Shown here: in pieces, positions 28,867 through 38,789 of the stretch
Position numbering within the stretch: position 1 is the stretch's first letter
Layout of the letters: every line of letters begins with the position of its first letter
DNA from: Candidatus Harrisonbacteria bacterium
Lineage (GTDB): Bacteria; Patescibacteriota; Minisyncoccia; UBA6257; 1-14-0-10-40-38
Assembly (NCBI GenBank): GCA_023245035.1
Contig: JAHFLD010000001.1
Span: 196,002 to 260,001 of the forward strand
Length of the DNA stretch: 64,000 nucleotides
Direction of reading: 5' to 3'
Position numbers and translations under genes: made by a program
The notes under the pieces: generated by a model
Seen by the model: the letters and a program-made list of their open reading frames with translations, nothing else
The model's database searches: none
Told to the model about the DNA's origin: nothing

Positions 28867-29508
28867 ATGCAGACACGAAAAGGATTTACCCTGATTGAAC
28901 TTCTGATTGTTATTGGCATTTTAGCGGTGCTCGCCACCACGGTGGTCTTAGTCTTAAACCCGGCGCAAATCTTGGCCGAAACTCGCGACACCCAGAGAAT
29001 TTCTGATTTGGGATCGGTAAACAGCGCTATTGGTTTGTATTTGGCGACGGTTTCGAATCCAACGTTTGGAAGTGGTACGAGTTGCGGCACTTTGGCGCTT
29101 TGGCGATCGAGTGGCGCTGGCGCTACAATCGCAGCGGTTGCGGCGACCCTTAGCCCATTTGCCGGCACCTATACAGGGGCTTCTCTTCCGGCTTCTAATT
29201 TCCGGAACGTTGACGGCACTGGTTGGGTTTCAGCGAACCTCGGAGGTATTAGCGGTGGCTCTCCATTGTCTAATCTTCCTACCGATCCTTCCGCCGCCAA
29301 TGCGGCATCGGCAGCTGCGCTTTCCGCGGCTGGACACTTCTATGCCTTCCAATGCGGTGCTGCCTCGGCGGCCCTAACCTACGAACTTGATGCCAACATG
29401 GAAAGCACTAAGTTCGGCAATACGGGAACTGCTGATGTTGAAAGTACCGATGGCGGAAATGTTGCCTCGGTTTACGAAGTCGGCAACGATCCAGGTCTTG
29501 ATTTATAA
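28867..29508 (+). CDS. Type IV major pilin 1
   Basis: Class III signal KG|FTLIELLIVIGIL followed by RDTQRISD. Confidence 0.9.
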   Translation: MQTRKGFTLIELLIVIGILAVLATTVVLVLNPAQILAETRDTQRISDLGSVNSAIGLYLATVSNPTFGSGTSCGTLALWRSSGAGATIAAVAATLSPFAGTYTGASLPASNFRNVDGTGWVSANLGGISGGSPLSNLPTDPSAANAASAAALSAAGHFYAFQCGAASAALTYELDANMESTKFGNTGTADVESTDGGNVASVYEVGNDPGLDL

Positions 29509-29674
29509 AGTTTTACGGTAATCGTAAAAAAACAAGAAACAACTCGTCTGTCCGGATTCTTTGTGAGGAAGAATAAGGATAAGGGGTTGTTTTTTGTTTT
29601 TACGCCAAGCCCGATATGCTATAATTAAAATAATCGCAAAAGTCATTTCAATAAATCAATAAATTTAAAAACTC

Positions 29675-30382
29675 ATGAAAAATATAAAAACAAAAGGATT
29701 TACCCTGATTGAACTTCTGATTGTTATCGGTATCTTGGCCGTTTTGGCCACAACAGTGGTGTTGGTCTTGAATCCGGCACAGATTTTAGCCGAAACCCGC
29801 GATACCCAGAGAATTTCTGACTTGGGATCGGTGAACAGCGCTATTGGTCTGTATCTGGCTACGGTTTCGAATCCAAATTTAGGTAGTATTCTAGGTGGTG
29901 TCAATGGAAGTTGTGGCGGAGGAAATTTTTACTCCTGGCGATCCAGTGGCGCCGGTAGTCCTCTGGCGGCGGTTCCAACCGCCAACAGCCCATTTGTAAC
30001 CCCAAGTGGATTCACTGCCACCAGTGGTTCGGTTTCCATGCCAGCCTCAGGGTTTAGAAATGTTGACGGCACTGGCTGGATTTCCACGGATTTAAATAAT
30101 ATCTCCGGCGGCTCTCCTTTAGCCAATCTGCCCTCTGATCCTTCAGCGGCTACCGCCTCCGCCGTAGCTCCGCTTTCTGGCGACGGCTCTCTTGGTCATT
30201 TCTATGCGTTTCAATGTGGTGGAGGCGCGGCAACCAGCACCCAATTCGAACTTGATGCCAATATGGAAAGCGTAAAATTTAGCGGAGGTACGACCCCGGG
30301 CTCAGCCGATGTAGAAGGGAATGACGGTGGCAATCAAGCTACGGTTTACGAAGTGGGTAATGCCCCGGGACTCGCGCTGTAA
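29675..30382 (+). CDS. Type IV major pilin 2 (paralog of pilin 1)
   Basis: Same N-terminal ~60 aa as pilin 1, with a diverged head domain. Confidence 0.9.
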   Translation: MKNIKTKGFTLIELLIVIGILAVLATTVVLVLNPAQILAETRDTQRISDLGSVNSAIGLYLATVSNPNLGSILGGVNGSCGGGNFYSWRSSGAGSPLAAVPTANSPFVTPSGFTATSGSVSMPASGFRNVDGTGWISTDLNNISGGSPLANLPSDPSAATASAVAPLSGDGSLGHFYAFQCGGGAATSTQFELDANMESVKFSGGTTPGSADVEGNDGGNQATVYEVGNAPGLAL

Positions 30383-30385
30383 TAA

Positions 30386-30994
30386 ATGGCAATGAGTGTC
30401 AGAAATTTTTTGGTGGCCAATATTTTCGACCTCCCGTTTTATTTTGGGTTGTCAATTTTAGCTCTAACCTTGGGCGTGCAAATTCTAAAACCACTACTTC
30501 TCAAAAAGTGGTCGCCTAAGGTTTTTGTCGTCGTGCTTGGGTTGTTCGGCTTATATCTCTTCCAAGTCTCCCTCTTGCAATATCACGCCTTTCTAAGCGG
30601 GTTGTTGTCGCCGTTGATTGCTTCTGGGCAAAGTCTAGATTGGTTTTTTGGCTATGTTCGTCTCCACTTCTGGGATCAATACCTTTTCAGTCTCATCGCC
30701 GCGCTATTGTTTTACCTCGCCGCCAAATATTTTAACGACAAAAAAGGGGAGCGTTTTTTTGAACGCGAAGAAGTCTGGCTGGGAATGCTCGGCATCTTTC
30801 TGGTTGGTTATCCAGGGTTGTTTTTCTACATCGCCTTGATGCTCTTATTGCCGGCGTTGCTTTCCGTGGCGTTTCTTCAGAAAAACGAACGTCTCCCGCT
30901 CTACTACTTCTGGTTGCCAACCGCCGTGTTTGTTATACTTATAGTGCATTTTGTTTTGGTTAATCAGGCCTGGTGGGTCAAGTTTATCTTCTAG
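30386..30994 (+). CDS. Multi-pass membrane protein in the pilus locus
   Basis: 5-6 hydrophobic segments; sits between the pilins and the ATPase. Confidence 0.6.
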   Translation: MAMSVRNFLVANIFDLPFYFGLSILALTLGVQILKPLLLKKWSPKVFVVVLGLFGLYLFQVSLLQYHAFLSGLLSPLIASGQSLDWFFGYVRLHFWDQYLFSLIAALLFYLAAKYFNDKKGERFFEREEVWLGMLGIFLVGYPGLFFYIALMLLLPALLSVAFLQKNERLPLYYFWLPTAVFVILIVHFVLVNQAWWVKFIF

Positions 30995-31096
30995 CCAATA
31001 AGCGTTCAGCTTTTAGCGTAAAGCGTTTAGTAAGTTGCGCTTCTTGAGTTATGCCCACCTAAACCCTGACCGCTCAACGCTAGGCGCTTTTTCTGT

Positions 31097-32812
31097 ATGC
31101 TAAAAGTTCCTCCAAATAAATTAAAAGAAATTCTGGTTGTTGACGGATTAATCACTCCGGAAGATTTTGATCGCGCCGCTTTGGAATCCAGTCGCATCGG
31201 ACAAGACATCGCCGACACGCTTATTGGCCGCAACGTCATAACCAAAGAATATTACAACGGAGTCATTACTCGTTTTTATAAGATAGAAAAAGCAGATCTT
31301 GGAGCAAATATTGATGAGGCTGTCCTGGAACTTATTACCCAAGACATCGCTCGCGCCAAACGCGTCTTGCCTTTCAAACAAGAGCCAGATGGAACGATTG
31401 ATCTGGCGATGGCCGACCCCACCGATTTAGTAACCATTGATTATTTAAGAAAATATCTCAAGCGCGAAGTTCGCCCATTTTTAGCCTCGGAAGACGATTT
31501 AAACAAGGGGTTGGCGCTCTATAGCAAAAAGTCAGCCGAGAATTTTCGGGAGCTAATCACCGCCAACATCGAAGAATCGCTCAAGGTCATCGGCAAAGAA
31601 GCTCGCGACGCGGCGGTAGATCTCCCTGTGGTGGCTATTATGGACAACATGTTGGCCTATGCCATTGCCGTCGGCGCCTCCGATATTCACCTTGAAGTCT
31701 TGGAGTCGGAAATAGTCGTTCGCTTTCGGATTGACGGGATTCTGCACGAAATTGTTCGCATGCGAAAAGAGATTCATCCGGCTCTCACGGCTCGCATAAA
31801 ACTATTAGCCGGATTAAAACTGGACGAGCACTATAATCCGCAAGACGGCCGATTTCGCTTTGCCACCGGTCCCAATGGTACCGAATTTGTGGATGTCCGA
31901 GTTTCGGTCATGCCCACCTTCTACGGCGAAAAGGCGGAAATGCGCCTGCTAACCGCCTCCAAACAGCACTTGTCTTTTGAGGAGCTGGGTCTCTTGCCCG
32001 ACATGATGAAGTCTTTAAGAGAAAACATCGTGAAGAGTTACGGCATGATCTTGGTAACTGGCCCGACCGGTTCCGGCAAAACAACTCTCATGTATTCCAT
32101 TATGGGAGTTCTCAATCGTCCCGAGGTCAACATCGTAACCATTGAAGACCCGATTGAATACGACATGAAGTATGTCAACCAAACCCAGGTCAATGCTTTG
32201 GCCGGCATTACCTTTGCCAACGGCTTGCGAGCTCTTCTGCGTCAGGATCCCAACATCGTCATGATCGGCGAGATTCGCGACAATGAAACCGTAGACATAG
32301 CGGTCAACGCCGCCTTGACCGGACACTTGGTAATCTCCAGCTTGCATACCAACGATGCCATCGCCGCCATTCCTCGCCTGTTCGATATGAAAGTTCAGCC
32401 GTTTTTGATTGCGGCGGTCTTAAACGCCATCACCGCCCAGCGCCTGGTTCGTCGCATTTGCCTCCATTGCATCGTCTCCTACACCCCGACCGCCGAAGAG
32501 TCGGCCAACTTCGAACGGCAAATCAAACGCATGAATCCAAGTTTTGAATTCTTGGTTCCCAAGACCATGTTCAAAGGACAGGGCTGTGCCGCCTGCGGCC
32601 ACACCGGCTATCGAGGTCGGATCGGCATCTACGAAATCTTGAATATCAGCGAAGATATTCGCAAGGCCATTACCGAACCCAACTTCAATACCAGCCGGAT
32701 AACCGAAATCGCTCGCAAGGAAGGTTTTATATCTATGTCCGAAGACGGTCTGCGCAAAGTTCAACGAGGCATGACGACCCTGGAAGAAGTTCTTCGCGTA
32801 ATCAACGAATAA
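31097..32812 (+). CDS. pilB: Type IV pilus assembly ATPase (PilB/GspE)
   Basis: ASDIHLE, RFRIDG, PQDGR, Walker A GPTGSGKTT, LRQDPN, AALTGH and tetracysteine motif. Confidence 0.93.
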   Translation: MLKVPPNKLKEILVVDGLITPEDFDRAALESSRIGQDIADTLIGRNVITKEYYNGVITRFYKIEKADLGANIDEAVLELITQDIARAKRVLPFKQEPDGTIDLAMADPTDLVTIDYLRKYLKREVRPFLASEDDLNKGLALYSKKSAENFRELITANIEESLKVIGKEARDAAVDLPVVAIMDNMLAYAIAVGASDIHLEVLESEIVVRFRIDGILHEIVRMRKEIHPALTARIKLLAGLKLDEHYNPQDGRFRFATGPNGTEFVDVRVSVMPTFYGEKAEMRLLTASKQHLSFEELGLLPDMMKSLRENIVKSYGMILVTGPTGSGKTTLMYSIMGVLNRPEVNIVTIEDPIEYDMKYVNQTQVNALAGITFANGLRALLRQDPNIVMIGEIRDNETVDIAVNAALTGHLVISSLHTNDAIAAIPRLFDMKVQPFLIAAVLNAITAQRLVRRICLHCIVSYTPTAEESANFERQIKRMNPSFEFLVPKTMFKGQGCAACGHTGYRGRIGIYEILNISEDIRKAITEPNFNTSRITEIARKEGFISMSEDGLRKVQRGMTTLEEVLRVINE

Positions 32813-32832
32813 ATCTTCAAAATAATCCATTT

Positions 32833-34044
32833 ATGAAATTTCACTACATCGCTTACGATAAAGACGGCCAAAAATTTGAAGATGACTTCATTGCCGAGGC
32901 GACCTCGGAAGTAATTCACTACTTGACCAACAAGGGTCTTAAGCCGGTCTCCATCGAAGCGCAAAAGTCCACGGCGGCAAGCCCCTCGCGGCAAGTTTTC
33001 GGCCAAAAAATAACCATTAACGACAAGATCTTCCTCACTAAATATTTGGCGCTAATGCTCAAAGTCGGCACCGATATTTTTAAAGCCATCGATATTTTGA
33101 TTCACGATTTTAACAAGCCGGTTCTCAAAGCTCTGCTTCTCGAGGTCAGAACCAATCTGGAAAAGGGTCAGCCGCTCTACACTACTTTTGGCCACTACCC
33201 GCATTATTTTTCTCCGGTTTTCATCAATCTTATTAAAGCCGGAGAATCTTCCGGCAATCTGGAGCAGGCCTTCGCGGATCTGAACCTTTCCTTAGAAAAG
33301 GAAAAAGATTTAAAAGGCAAGATTAAAGCCGCGCTGATTTACCCGCTCCTCCTCTTGGGTTTGTCTTTTGTGATTTTGATTTTTCTCATCACCTTTGCCC
33401 TGCCGAAGATTGCCGCCGTATTTGAAGGCGGCGGTATCAAACCGCCGGCTTTTTCCCGAGTCGTTTTTGCCATCGGCCTCTATTTAGGCAATCACATTGT
33501 TGTTATTATCCCGGCCATTGTCGCAACCCTGACGGCGGTCGCCATTTTTTTCCTCAAAATGCCTCTTGGCAAGAAGGCTCTGGCTTATCTCGGAGCCCGT
33601 CTGCCGATTTTTAAGGGCGTCATCGAAAGAGTGGCTCTCCAGCGTTTTGCCACCACCTTGAGCTCGCTCATGAAGTCCGGTTTGCCGATTTTAAATTCGC
33701 TCGAAATCACCGCCGGAGCCGTCAGCCATGCCGGTATTCGCCAAGCGCTGGAGCGCATCGCCCGCGAACACATTCCCAAAGGCGTCACCCTCGGCGAATC
33801 TTTCCGGCGCGAACCGGCCTTTCCCTCGGTCGTTTCCAACCTCATCGCCATCTCGGAACGAACCGGTCACCTAGACGAGATTCTCCAGACTTTAAGCGGT
33901 TTTTACGAGGCCGAAGTTGACGCTTCGCTAAAAACCCTCGTCGCCTTCATCGAGCCGATGCTCCTGCTCGTCATCGCCGTCGTTGTCGGCACCATAGCGC
34001 TTTCCATTATCGTGCCCATTTATCAACTCGTTGGTCAATTCTAA
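32833..34044 (+). CDS. pilC: Type IV pilus platform protein (PilC/GspF)
   Basis: AGESSGNL, ALIYP, ERTGHL and IEPMLL. Confidence 0.92.
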   Translation: MKFHYIAYDKDGQKFEDDFIAEATSEVIHYLTNKGLKPVSIEAQKSTAASPSRQVFGQKITINDKIFLTKYLALMLKVGTDIFKAIDILIHDFNKPVLKALLLEVRTNLEKGQPLYTTFGHYPHYFSPVFINLIKAGESSGNLEQAFADLNLSLEKEKDLKGKIKAALIYPLLLLGLSFVILIFLITFALPKIAAVFEGGGIKPPAFSRVVFAIGLYLGNHIVVIIPAIVATLTAVAIFFLKMPLGKKALAYLGARLPIFKGVIERVALQRFATTLSSLMKSGLPILNSLEITAGAVSHAGIRQALERIAREHIPKGVTLGESFRREPAFPSVVSNLIAISERTGHLDEILQTLSGFYEAEVDASLKTLVAFIEPMLLLVIAVVVGTIALSIIVPIYQLVGQF

Positions 34045-34049
34045 AAAAC

Positions 34050-34547
34050 ATGGGCTCTCGTCGCGGATTTACTCTTATCGAAATTTTGCTCGTTGCCGGC
34101 ATTATGGCTATTTTAGGCACCGGAATTTTTCTGGCTCTTGATCGCTATCAGTTTGGCAGAAATCTGGAGCTTGACGCCAAGACTCTGCTCTATGCGATTC
34201 GCGATGCTCAACAGCGATCCATCACTCAAGAAGTCAGCTCCGGCGACACACCGGCGCAATGGGGCGTGGTGATTACGCGCACTGCCGTGGCCCCATCATA
34301 TTTTGAGCTGGTGGCTCAAGCAGTCGGTCGTACCAGCACGGTAACCAGCCCCATAACCCGCTTTCAATTGCGCAACGGCGTAGAGTTTGCCTCCGCTGTC
34401 GCGAGCACTAGTATTATTTTTTCCCGCGTGAGCGGTACGCCGCTTGTGGGCGGCACCACAACCGTCAGCTTGTACCTAATTAGCAATTCAGCCGAACGCA
34501 AAACCATCACCATCGATGCCCAGAATGGCCAAGCCAAACTCTTCTAA
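34050..34547 (+). CDS. Minor pilin (FimT/GspH-like)
   Basis: RG|FTLIEILLV signal. Confidence 0.8.
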   Translation: MGSRRGFTLIEILLVAGIMAILGTGIFLALDRYQFGRNLELDAKTLLYAIRDAQQRSITQEVSSGDTPAQWGVVITRTAVAPSYFELVAQAVGRTSTVTSPITRFQLRNGVEFASAVASTSIIFSRVSGTPLVGGTTTVSLYLISNSAERKTITIDAQNGQAKLF

Positions 34548-35634
34548 TCAAAAGGGACAGTCGCTGATCGAAATGCTCCTCGGCTTAACGGTTGGGGCTA
34601 TTATGATTATTGTCGCGGTTGGCGCCTTGTCGGTCAGCTTGCGCACCAATTATCGGGATAACTTTGCTCAAGACGCGAGTTTTATGAACGAGGCTCTTCT
34701 GCAGAATGTTATCAATGTCGCCGAGGGTTTTTGGGGCCAAGTAGCTGCCTTTGCCAATGGCTGTTCAACTATCTTTTGCGGCATTCAGTATCACTTTCCC
34801 GAAATCAGCAAATATGGCCAGCCGGAGTTCAATTTTAGTCAGGTGATTTTTACCATTGTTGATTGCGATAGCGCCAACTACTCGGTCAAAATTAACGACA
34901 ATGACTATTATCCCTGCTTCCGTATTCGCCGAATGTCTCGCGACCAAAACGGGCTTATCGAGGCCGTTTATAACGTCGCCCACGACGACCCGTCAACGCT
35001 CGAGGCCAGCATCAAGACGCGTTGGGTTAACGGCGGCATTTCACAAGAAACTCCGACCTTGATTCGTACCGTTACCCGCAAGCAGGATGAGGTCTTTGTC
35101 CAGACTCGTTGGGAGGGCGGTCCCACGACTCCGGTTGATTCGTCTTATATCTTGCCTCCCACCACTTTTTATTCATCAAGCGCCATCAGCTATGGAACCG
35201 CGGGCGAAATCAAACTGCAATCGCCGGGATCGGGCGAAACCGGAATACTTTTCTCCAATGCTATTTTCGCGCAAAGACTGGTACTGTTGAACTCGGTTAT
35301 GTGGCGGGGAATCTTGCCATCGGGAGCCAGTGTTCAGTTTCAAATCGCCTCCAGTAATTGCGTAAACGGCGCCACCGATGCCCAATGCCTTGTCGGCGCC
35401 TGGGGTACCAGCAACTGCTTCACGACCGGTGGTATAAATAGCTGTTATGTCGGACCCCTTGGTACGAGCGATGGCGCCGATGTCTACACCGCGACTGGCC
35501 CCAATATTCAAATGGCGGTCAATGGCGCGCACCACGGCGACAAATTATATTTCAGATATAAAATCATGCTGAAGCGCGGTAATGGCAACAGTACTCCGAA
35601 TGTGACCGACGTTATTCTAAACTGGTCTCTTTAA
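34516..35634 (+). CDS. Minor pilin with C-terminal beta domain
   Basis: KG|QSLIEMLLG signal; C-terminal YFRYKIML...TPNVTDV. Confidence 0.75.
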   Translation: MPRMAKPNSSNQKGQSLIEMLLGLTVGAIMIIVAVGALSVSLRTNYRDNFAQDASFMNEALLQNVINVAEGFWGQVAAFANGCSTIFCGIQYHFPEISKYGQPEFNFSQVIFTIVDCDSANYSVKINDNDYYPCFRIRRMSRDQNGLIEAVYNVAHDDPSTLEASIKTRWVNGGISQETPTLIRTVTRKQDEVFVQTRWEGGPTTPVDSSYILPPTTFYSSSAISYGTAGEIKLQSPGSGETGILFSNAIFAQRLVLLNSVMWRGILPSGASVQFQIASSNCVNGATDAQCLVGAWGTSNCFTTGGINSCYVGPLGTSDGADVYTATGPNIQMAVNGAHHGDKLYFRYKIMLKRGNGNSTPNVTDVILNWSL

Positions 35635-35645
35635 GCTAAAAAAAT

Positions 35646-36086
35646 ATGCGCCAAAATAGATCAACATCCGGAGTCGCTTCCTTGCTTGTTACTCTCTTAC
35701 TCGGCGGAATCATCGTCGAGATGAGTCTTATTGGCATGTTGCTTATCACCAAAACGCAAAATGCCAACAGCGGCATTCGCCAGAGTCAGGATACTTTATC
35801 CGCGGCGCAGTCGGGTCTTGATGACGGCATTCTGACCGTTATCCGAAATAAAAACGGCCCGTATGGTGATAAAAATTTCACCGTCGGCGTAGCGACGGTG
35901 GAAGTTGGTTTTTGCAAAAACGCCTACAGTAAAAATTCGGATTGCGACACGCCAGCCGTTGGAATCTACGAGGTGAGCGCCGTCGCGAGTACCGGCTTAA
36001 AACGGCGCAAAATGGCGGCTCAACTGCGAGTTGACGCCATTACCGGCCTGGTTGTAGTAGAATCAATCAAGGAGGTCGTCTTCTGA
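35646..36086 (+). CDS. PilX-like minor pilin
   Basis: SG|VASLLVTLL signal and AAQSGLDDG. Confidence 0.7.
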   Translation: MRQNRSTSGVASLLVTLLLGGIIVEMSLIGMLLITKTQNANSGIRQSQDTLSAAQSGLDDGILTVIRNKNGPYGDKNFTVGVATVEVGFCKNAYSKNSDCDTPAVGIYEVSAVASTGLKRRKMAAQLRVDAITGLVVVESIKEVVF

Positions 36087-36093
36087 TTAAGAG

Positions 36094-37614
36094 TTGCTCG
36101 ATATGAACATTCTGGGAAAAATCAAACAAGCGCTCAATCTTATTAATCCGATACCGTCAGTCGGTGGGCTCGAAATTAACGACACCGATATCAAGTTTTT
36201 TTCGGTCAAGGGTTTGAGTTTTAAAAAAGTTGGCCTTCGCCTGCCGCCGGGTATTGTGGAAAACGGCAAGGTTAAAGATCTCCACAACCTAACTCGAGCT
36301 CTGGCATCGCTTCACGCCAAGATCACCAGCCCCAAAGATATACTTCCGGTAGTCTTCCTGATGCCGGCGGAAAACTTATATGTTCAAACTTTTTCCGTGC
36401 CCCAGGTTGATGATGCGCGCCTCGAGGAAACAGCCCGTCTAAATCTGGAAATCATATCCCCGCTTGAATTTTCTAAAGTCTATGCCAGTTGGCAAAAAAT
36501 CGAAACTGCCGGAGAAGCGAGTAACGGCCTCGAACTGCTCGGGGCTTTTGTAGAAAAAAATATCGCCGATGAATTTTCTACCGCCGCCGCCGAAGCTGGA
36601 TTTGCTTTTGTTGCCGTGGGTTTTGCCGCTCTCGCCCTCACTCGAGTCATTAGTCAGGAGGGGATTGGCATCGATAAAAATAAATCTTATTTGGTGTTAT
36701 TTTTTGGCCCCAATGGCGTCGAAATTATCATTATCAAAAACAGCCATTTGCACTTCCACCACTTTACCTCCTGGCGCTCCTTGCAGTCGGAGACTAGAAG
36801 GGGTGAGATCGGTTTGCCGGAGGTGGAAAAATTTCTTATCGGAGAGCTTCAGCGAGTTATTAATTTCTACGCCAGCAAATGGGGCGGAGTGCTGGACTCG
36901 GCTATTTTACTAACTCCCGGCTTTACTCCGGAGGTTGCCGCGATTGTGCGTGACAAATTCGGACTCAAGATTCAAAACCTGACCTTGGGGCACTTTCCCG
37001 ATCTTGGCGAAGGTTGGCTGCCAACTTTAGGCGCTGCTTTGCGCGGACTCATCCCGCGTTCTTCGGATAAGATAATCAGTCTGGCCAGCACCTCGGCGCA
37101 AATGCACTACATCCAAGCTCGTATCATAAAATTTGCCGGATTTTGGCGCCAGGTGCTTATCTCTGTTTTTAGCTTTTTCCTGATCGCCGAACTGGTGGTT
37201 TGTGTGATTGTCGCTCGGGAAGCCGCGAGCATAAATTCTTTGGCGGTGCCAAGTTTAAATTCTGAAAAAGTCGCGACCCTAAGCGATCTTCAGGAAAAAT
37301 CCCGTGCGTTAAACGCCTTAACAAGCAAGGTCGTCGGTATCAAAAAAACCAGCGTGGATTGGATCAAGGTTCTTAAAAAAATACGGGAAACTGGCGCTGG
37401 CTTGGTTCGCCTTAGAACTATAGCTATGAACGGCGGCGGGGTTATTATTGGTGGAACCGCGATCAACCAAGAAGCTGCTATTGAATTCCGCGACGCTCTC
37501 GGTCGCGATCCAGAATTGCTGGAAGTCCGTCTGCCGCTGGCGAATTTAAAAATCGCGGAAGATGAAAGCGCCGAATTTATCGTCAATCTCAAAATTAATC
37601 AAGAGCAGAATTAA
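36094..37614 (+). CDS. PilM-PilN-like fusion protein
   Basis: N-terminal GLEIND...PGIVENG actin-like PilM features, then a TM helix and a PilN-like periplasmic domain. Confidence 0.7.
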   Translation: MLDMNILGKIKQALNLINPIPSVGGLEINDTDIKFFSVKGLSFKKVGLRLPPGIVENGKVKDLHNLTRALASLHAKITSPKDILPVVFLMPAENLYVQTFSVPQVDDARLEETARLNLEIISPLEFSKVYASWQKIETAGEASNGLELLGAFVEKNIADEFSTAAAEAGFAFVAVGFAALALTRVISQEGIGIDKNKSYLVLFFGPNGVEIIIIKNSHLHFHHFTSWRSLQSETRRGEIGLPEVEKFLIGELQRVINFYASKWGGVLDSAILLTPGFTPEVAAIVRDKFGLKIQNLTLGHFPDLGEGWLPTLGAALRGLIPRSSDKIISLASTSAQMHYIQARIIKFAGFWRQVLISVFSFFLIAELVVCVIVAREAASINSLAVPSLNSEKVATLSDLQEKSRALNALTSKVVGIKKTSVDWIKVLKKIRETGAGLVRLRTIAMNGGGVIIGGTAINQEAAIEFRDALGRDPELLEVRLPLANLKIAEDESAEFIVNLKINQEQN

Positions 37615-38120
37615 CCGATATATTGTTCGTGAGCCGTGAGGTTGTTAATTATCTCATCGGCTAACTTTTTGAAAACCGTTTCAAAAATAGCCAGCTCTTC
37701 GGAGGGGATTGGCAGGAGCACGAATTCCAAAGCCTGCCTTTTCTCGGTGCCTGAACGGATTCCAATCCGCGCCCGCCAGAAGGCATTGCTATGAGCGCCG
37801 TCAAAAACACTTTGGACGCCGTTATGCCCCGCCGCCCCGCGATCATGATTTAGCTTATAACTTCCTAAAGTCAGATCGCTATCATCATGAGCCAAGAGAG
37901 TAGTCTCCGGCTTCGCTCCCAGTCTCGTCATCGCGGGCAGAATCCAGGAACCGCTCTCATTCATGAAGCCCGACGTAGGCAGCAAGGCAATCTTCTCTGC
38001 CAAAGAAGCAAACGGAGGGTATTTTTGCAGAAAATTAACAAAACGTGCCCCGATATTATGGTAGGTTCCGGTGTAGCGACCCTCGGAGTTGCCCAGCCCG
38101 GCAATTAATTTTAGTTGCAT
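37611..38120 (-). CDS. pth: Peptidyl-tRNA hydrolase
   Basis: LIAGLGN, TYHNIG, FMNESG, HDD, GHNG and RIGI. Confidence 0.92.
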   Translation of the reverse strand: MQLKLIAGLGNSEGRYTGTYHNIGARFVNFLQKYPPFASLAEKIALLPTSGFMNESGSWILPAMTRLGAKPETTLLAHDDSDLTLGSYKLNHDRGAAGHNGVQSVFDGAHSNAFWRARIGIRSGTEKRQALEFVLLPIPSEELAIFETVFKKLADEIINNLTAHEQYIG

Positions 38121-38193
38121 TGTTGTTCTTTAAAAATAAGTATAGTAGAATGGCTCACAATAGACCACCTCACCGGGATTCAAGACCTAAACC

Positions 38194-38781
38194 ATGTCCG
38201 CTAAGATAAAAAAGTTCTTATTGTCAGTCTGGGAAGTGATGGAAGTGGTATTTGTGGCAACGGCGACCGTCTTTTTGATTCGTAGTTTTCTTATTCAGCC
38301 TTTTCTAGTCAGCGGCGCCAGCATGGAGCCCAATTTTTCTGATGGCAATTATCTTATCATCGACGAAATCACTTATCGTTTTCGCAGTCCCGAACGCGGC
38401 GAGGTGGTAGTTTTCCGTTTTCCCAAAGATCCCTCGGTATTTTTCATCAAACGCATCATTGGCCTTCCAGGGGAGCGCGTGGTTAGCAACGGCAACGGCC
38501 TCGTTGTCTACCAAGGCGTCAAAGACACCACAGGAACGCCTCTGGCCGAGAGCTATTTGCCGCACGGAAGCATTAAAGACCGGTTTGATATTTGGCTAAA
38601 CAATGACGAGTATTTCGTTCTCGGTGATAATCGCAACTTTAGCTTTGACTCGCGGAGCTGGGGGCCGATCAAGCGCGACGCCATCATTGGCGTTGTGCGA
38701 GTTCGCGTCTTTCCGCTCCAGCAGTTTGATAGCTTCACCGCCCCGCGTTACACAACACCGGAAACCGCTCCAGTTCTCTAA
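38194..38781 (+). CDS. lepB: Signal peptidase I
   Basis: SGASMEP, IKRIIGLPGE and GDNRNFSFDSR. Confidence 0.95.
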   Translation: MSAKIKKFLLSVWEVMEVVFVATATVFLIRSFLIQPFLVSGASMEPNFSDGNYLIIDEITYRFRSPERGEVVVFRFPKDPSVFFIKRIIGLPGERVVSNGNGLVVYQGVKDTTGTPLAESYLPHGSIKDRFDIWLNNDEYFVLGDNRNFSFDSRSWGPIKRDAIIGVVRVRVFPLQQFDSFTAPRYTTPETAPVL

Positions 38782-38789
38782 CTACGCCC

